Source: Malacoraja senta
Taxonomy: Eukaryota
Length of the DNA stretch: 64,000 nt
Reading direction: 5' to 3'
NCBI GenBank assembly: GCA_038087875.1
Contig: CM075990.1
Span: forward strand, 12,898,001-12,962,000
Under the pieces are notes generated by a model. That model saw nothing but the letters and a program-made list of their open reading frames with translations, was not told the DNA's origin and did no database searches. The position numbers and the translations under genes were made by a program. Shown piece by piece: positions 63,298 through 64,000 of this stretch (positions are counted from its first letter, which is position 1; each line of letters starts with the position of its first letter).

Positions 63298-63388
63298 CGT
63301 GTGTGTGTCTGTGTCTGTGCGTGTGTCTGTGTGTGTGTGTGTGTGTGTGCGTGCGTGCGTGCGTGTGTGTGTGTGTGTGTGCGTGTGA
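62532..63388. repeat. ~850-bp imperfect (GT/GC)n microsatellite with recurring higher-order variants
   Basis: Direct reading; gtggatgtgcgt and gtctgtgtctgt blocks recur. Confidence 0.97.
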
Positions 63389-63531
63389 TTAGCTACAATG
63401 TATAATTATTTATACCTGGGCCATAATTCTGGTTTTTTAAATGAGAACAGGTTTGTACACATGCTACCTGTGTTCAGTGAAAAAAAAACTGCAGATGCTG
63501 GAAATTTAAAACAATCCACAACAAAAGTTAA

Positions 63532-63842
63532 GGCGTCACGGTGGCGTAGCGGTATAGTTACGCCCCGAGAGCGCCAGAGACCGGGGTTCGATCCTGACTA
63601 ATGATGCTGTCTGTACGGAGTTTACACGTTCTCCCCGTGACCTGCGTGGGTTTTTTTACCTGAGATCTTCAGTTTCCTCCCACTCCAAAGACGTACAGGT
63701 TTGTAGGTTAATTGGCTTGGTGTAAGTGTAAAAATTGTCCCGAGTGTGCGTAGGATAGTGTTAGTGTGCGTGGATCGTTGGTCGGCGCGGACTCGGTGGG
63801 CCGAAGGGCCAGTTTGCGCGCTGTATCTCTGAACTAAACTAA
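63532..63842 (+). mobile_element. HE1/V-SINE-type SINE
   Basis: Same consensus. Confidence 0.85.
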
Positions 63843-64000
63843 AAAACAGAAAACGCCGGAAGTACTCAGCTGGTCACATTACGTCTTTGGGAAGAGAAAC
63901 AGAGTTCACCTTTCATCAGAAAGTGTGGCGAAAAGTCTCTGACCTGAAACCTGATCTCCGTTTCTCTTCGCACAGATGTGGCCTGACCTGCTGAGCATTT

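Noticed and set aside
62382..63405. 290-336 aa Cys/Val-rich ORFs (also 48616-49059)
   Set aside because: Translations of GT microsatellites, open in all three frames

Overview
Repeat-dense eukaryotic DNA, very probably from a cartilaginous fish (skate/ray or shark; inferred from abundant HE1/V-SINE-type tRNA SINEs with CR1 tails). The only host gene I can support is the 3' part of SPOCK2 (testican-2) on the minus strand. It has seven GT-AG coding exons (61262 down to stop at 43045; 901 coding nt) encoding the Kazal, EF-hand/SPARC-EC and thyroglobulin-1 domains and the acidic tail, plus a probable ~4.7 kb 3'UTR. The rest is intron or intergenic sequence filled with mobile elements: a 5'-truncated Penelope-like element with an open RT+GIY-YIG frame, many short copies of its hammerhead-motif-bearing 3' terminus (often as TSD-flanked inverted dimers), four PIF/Harbinger-type MITEs, three hAT-type MITEs with an odd third internal terminus, a GC-rich non-coding retroposon family, CR1/L2/Rex1/RTE/L1 fragments and microsatellites. 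Exon, TIR and TSD boundaries were read base by base; other repeat boundaries are approximate. Family names come from motif recognition, not database searches.
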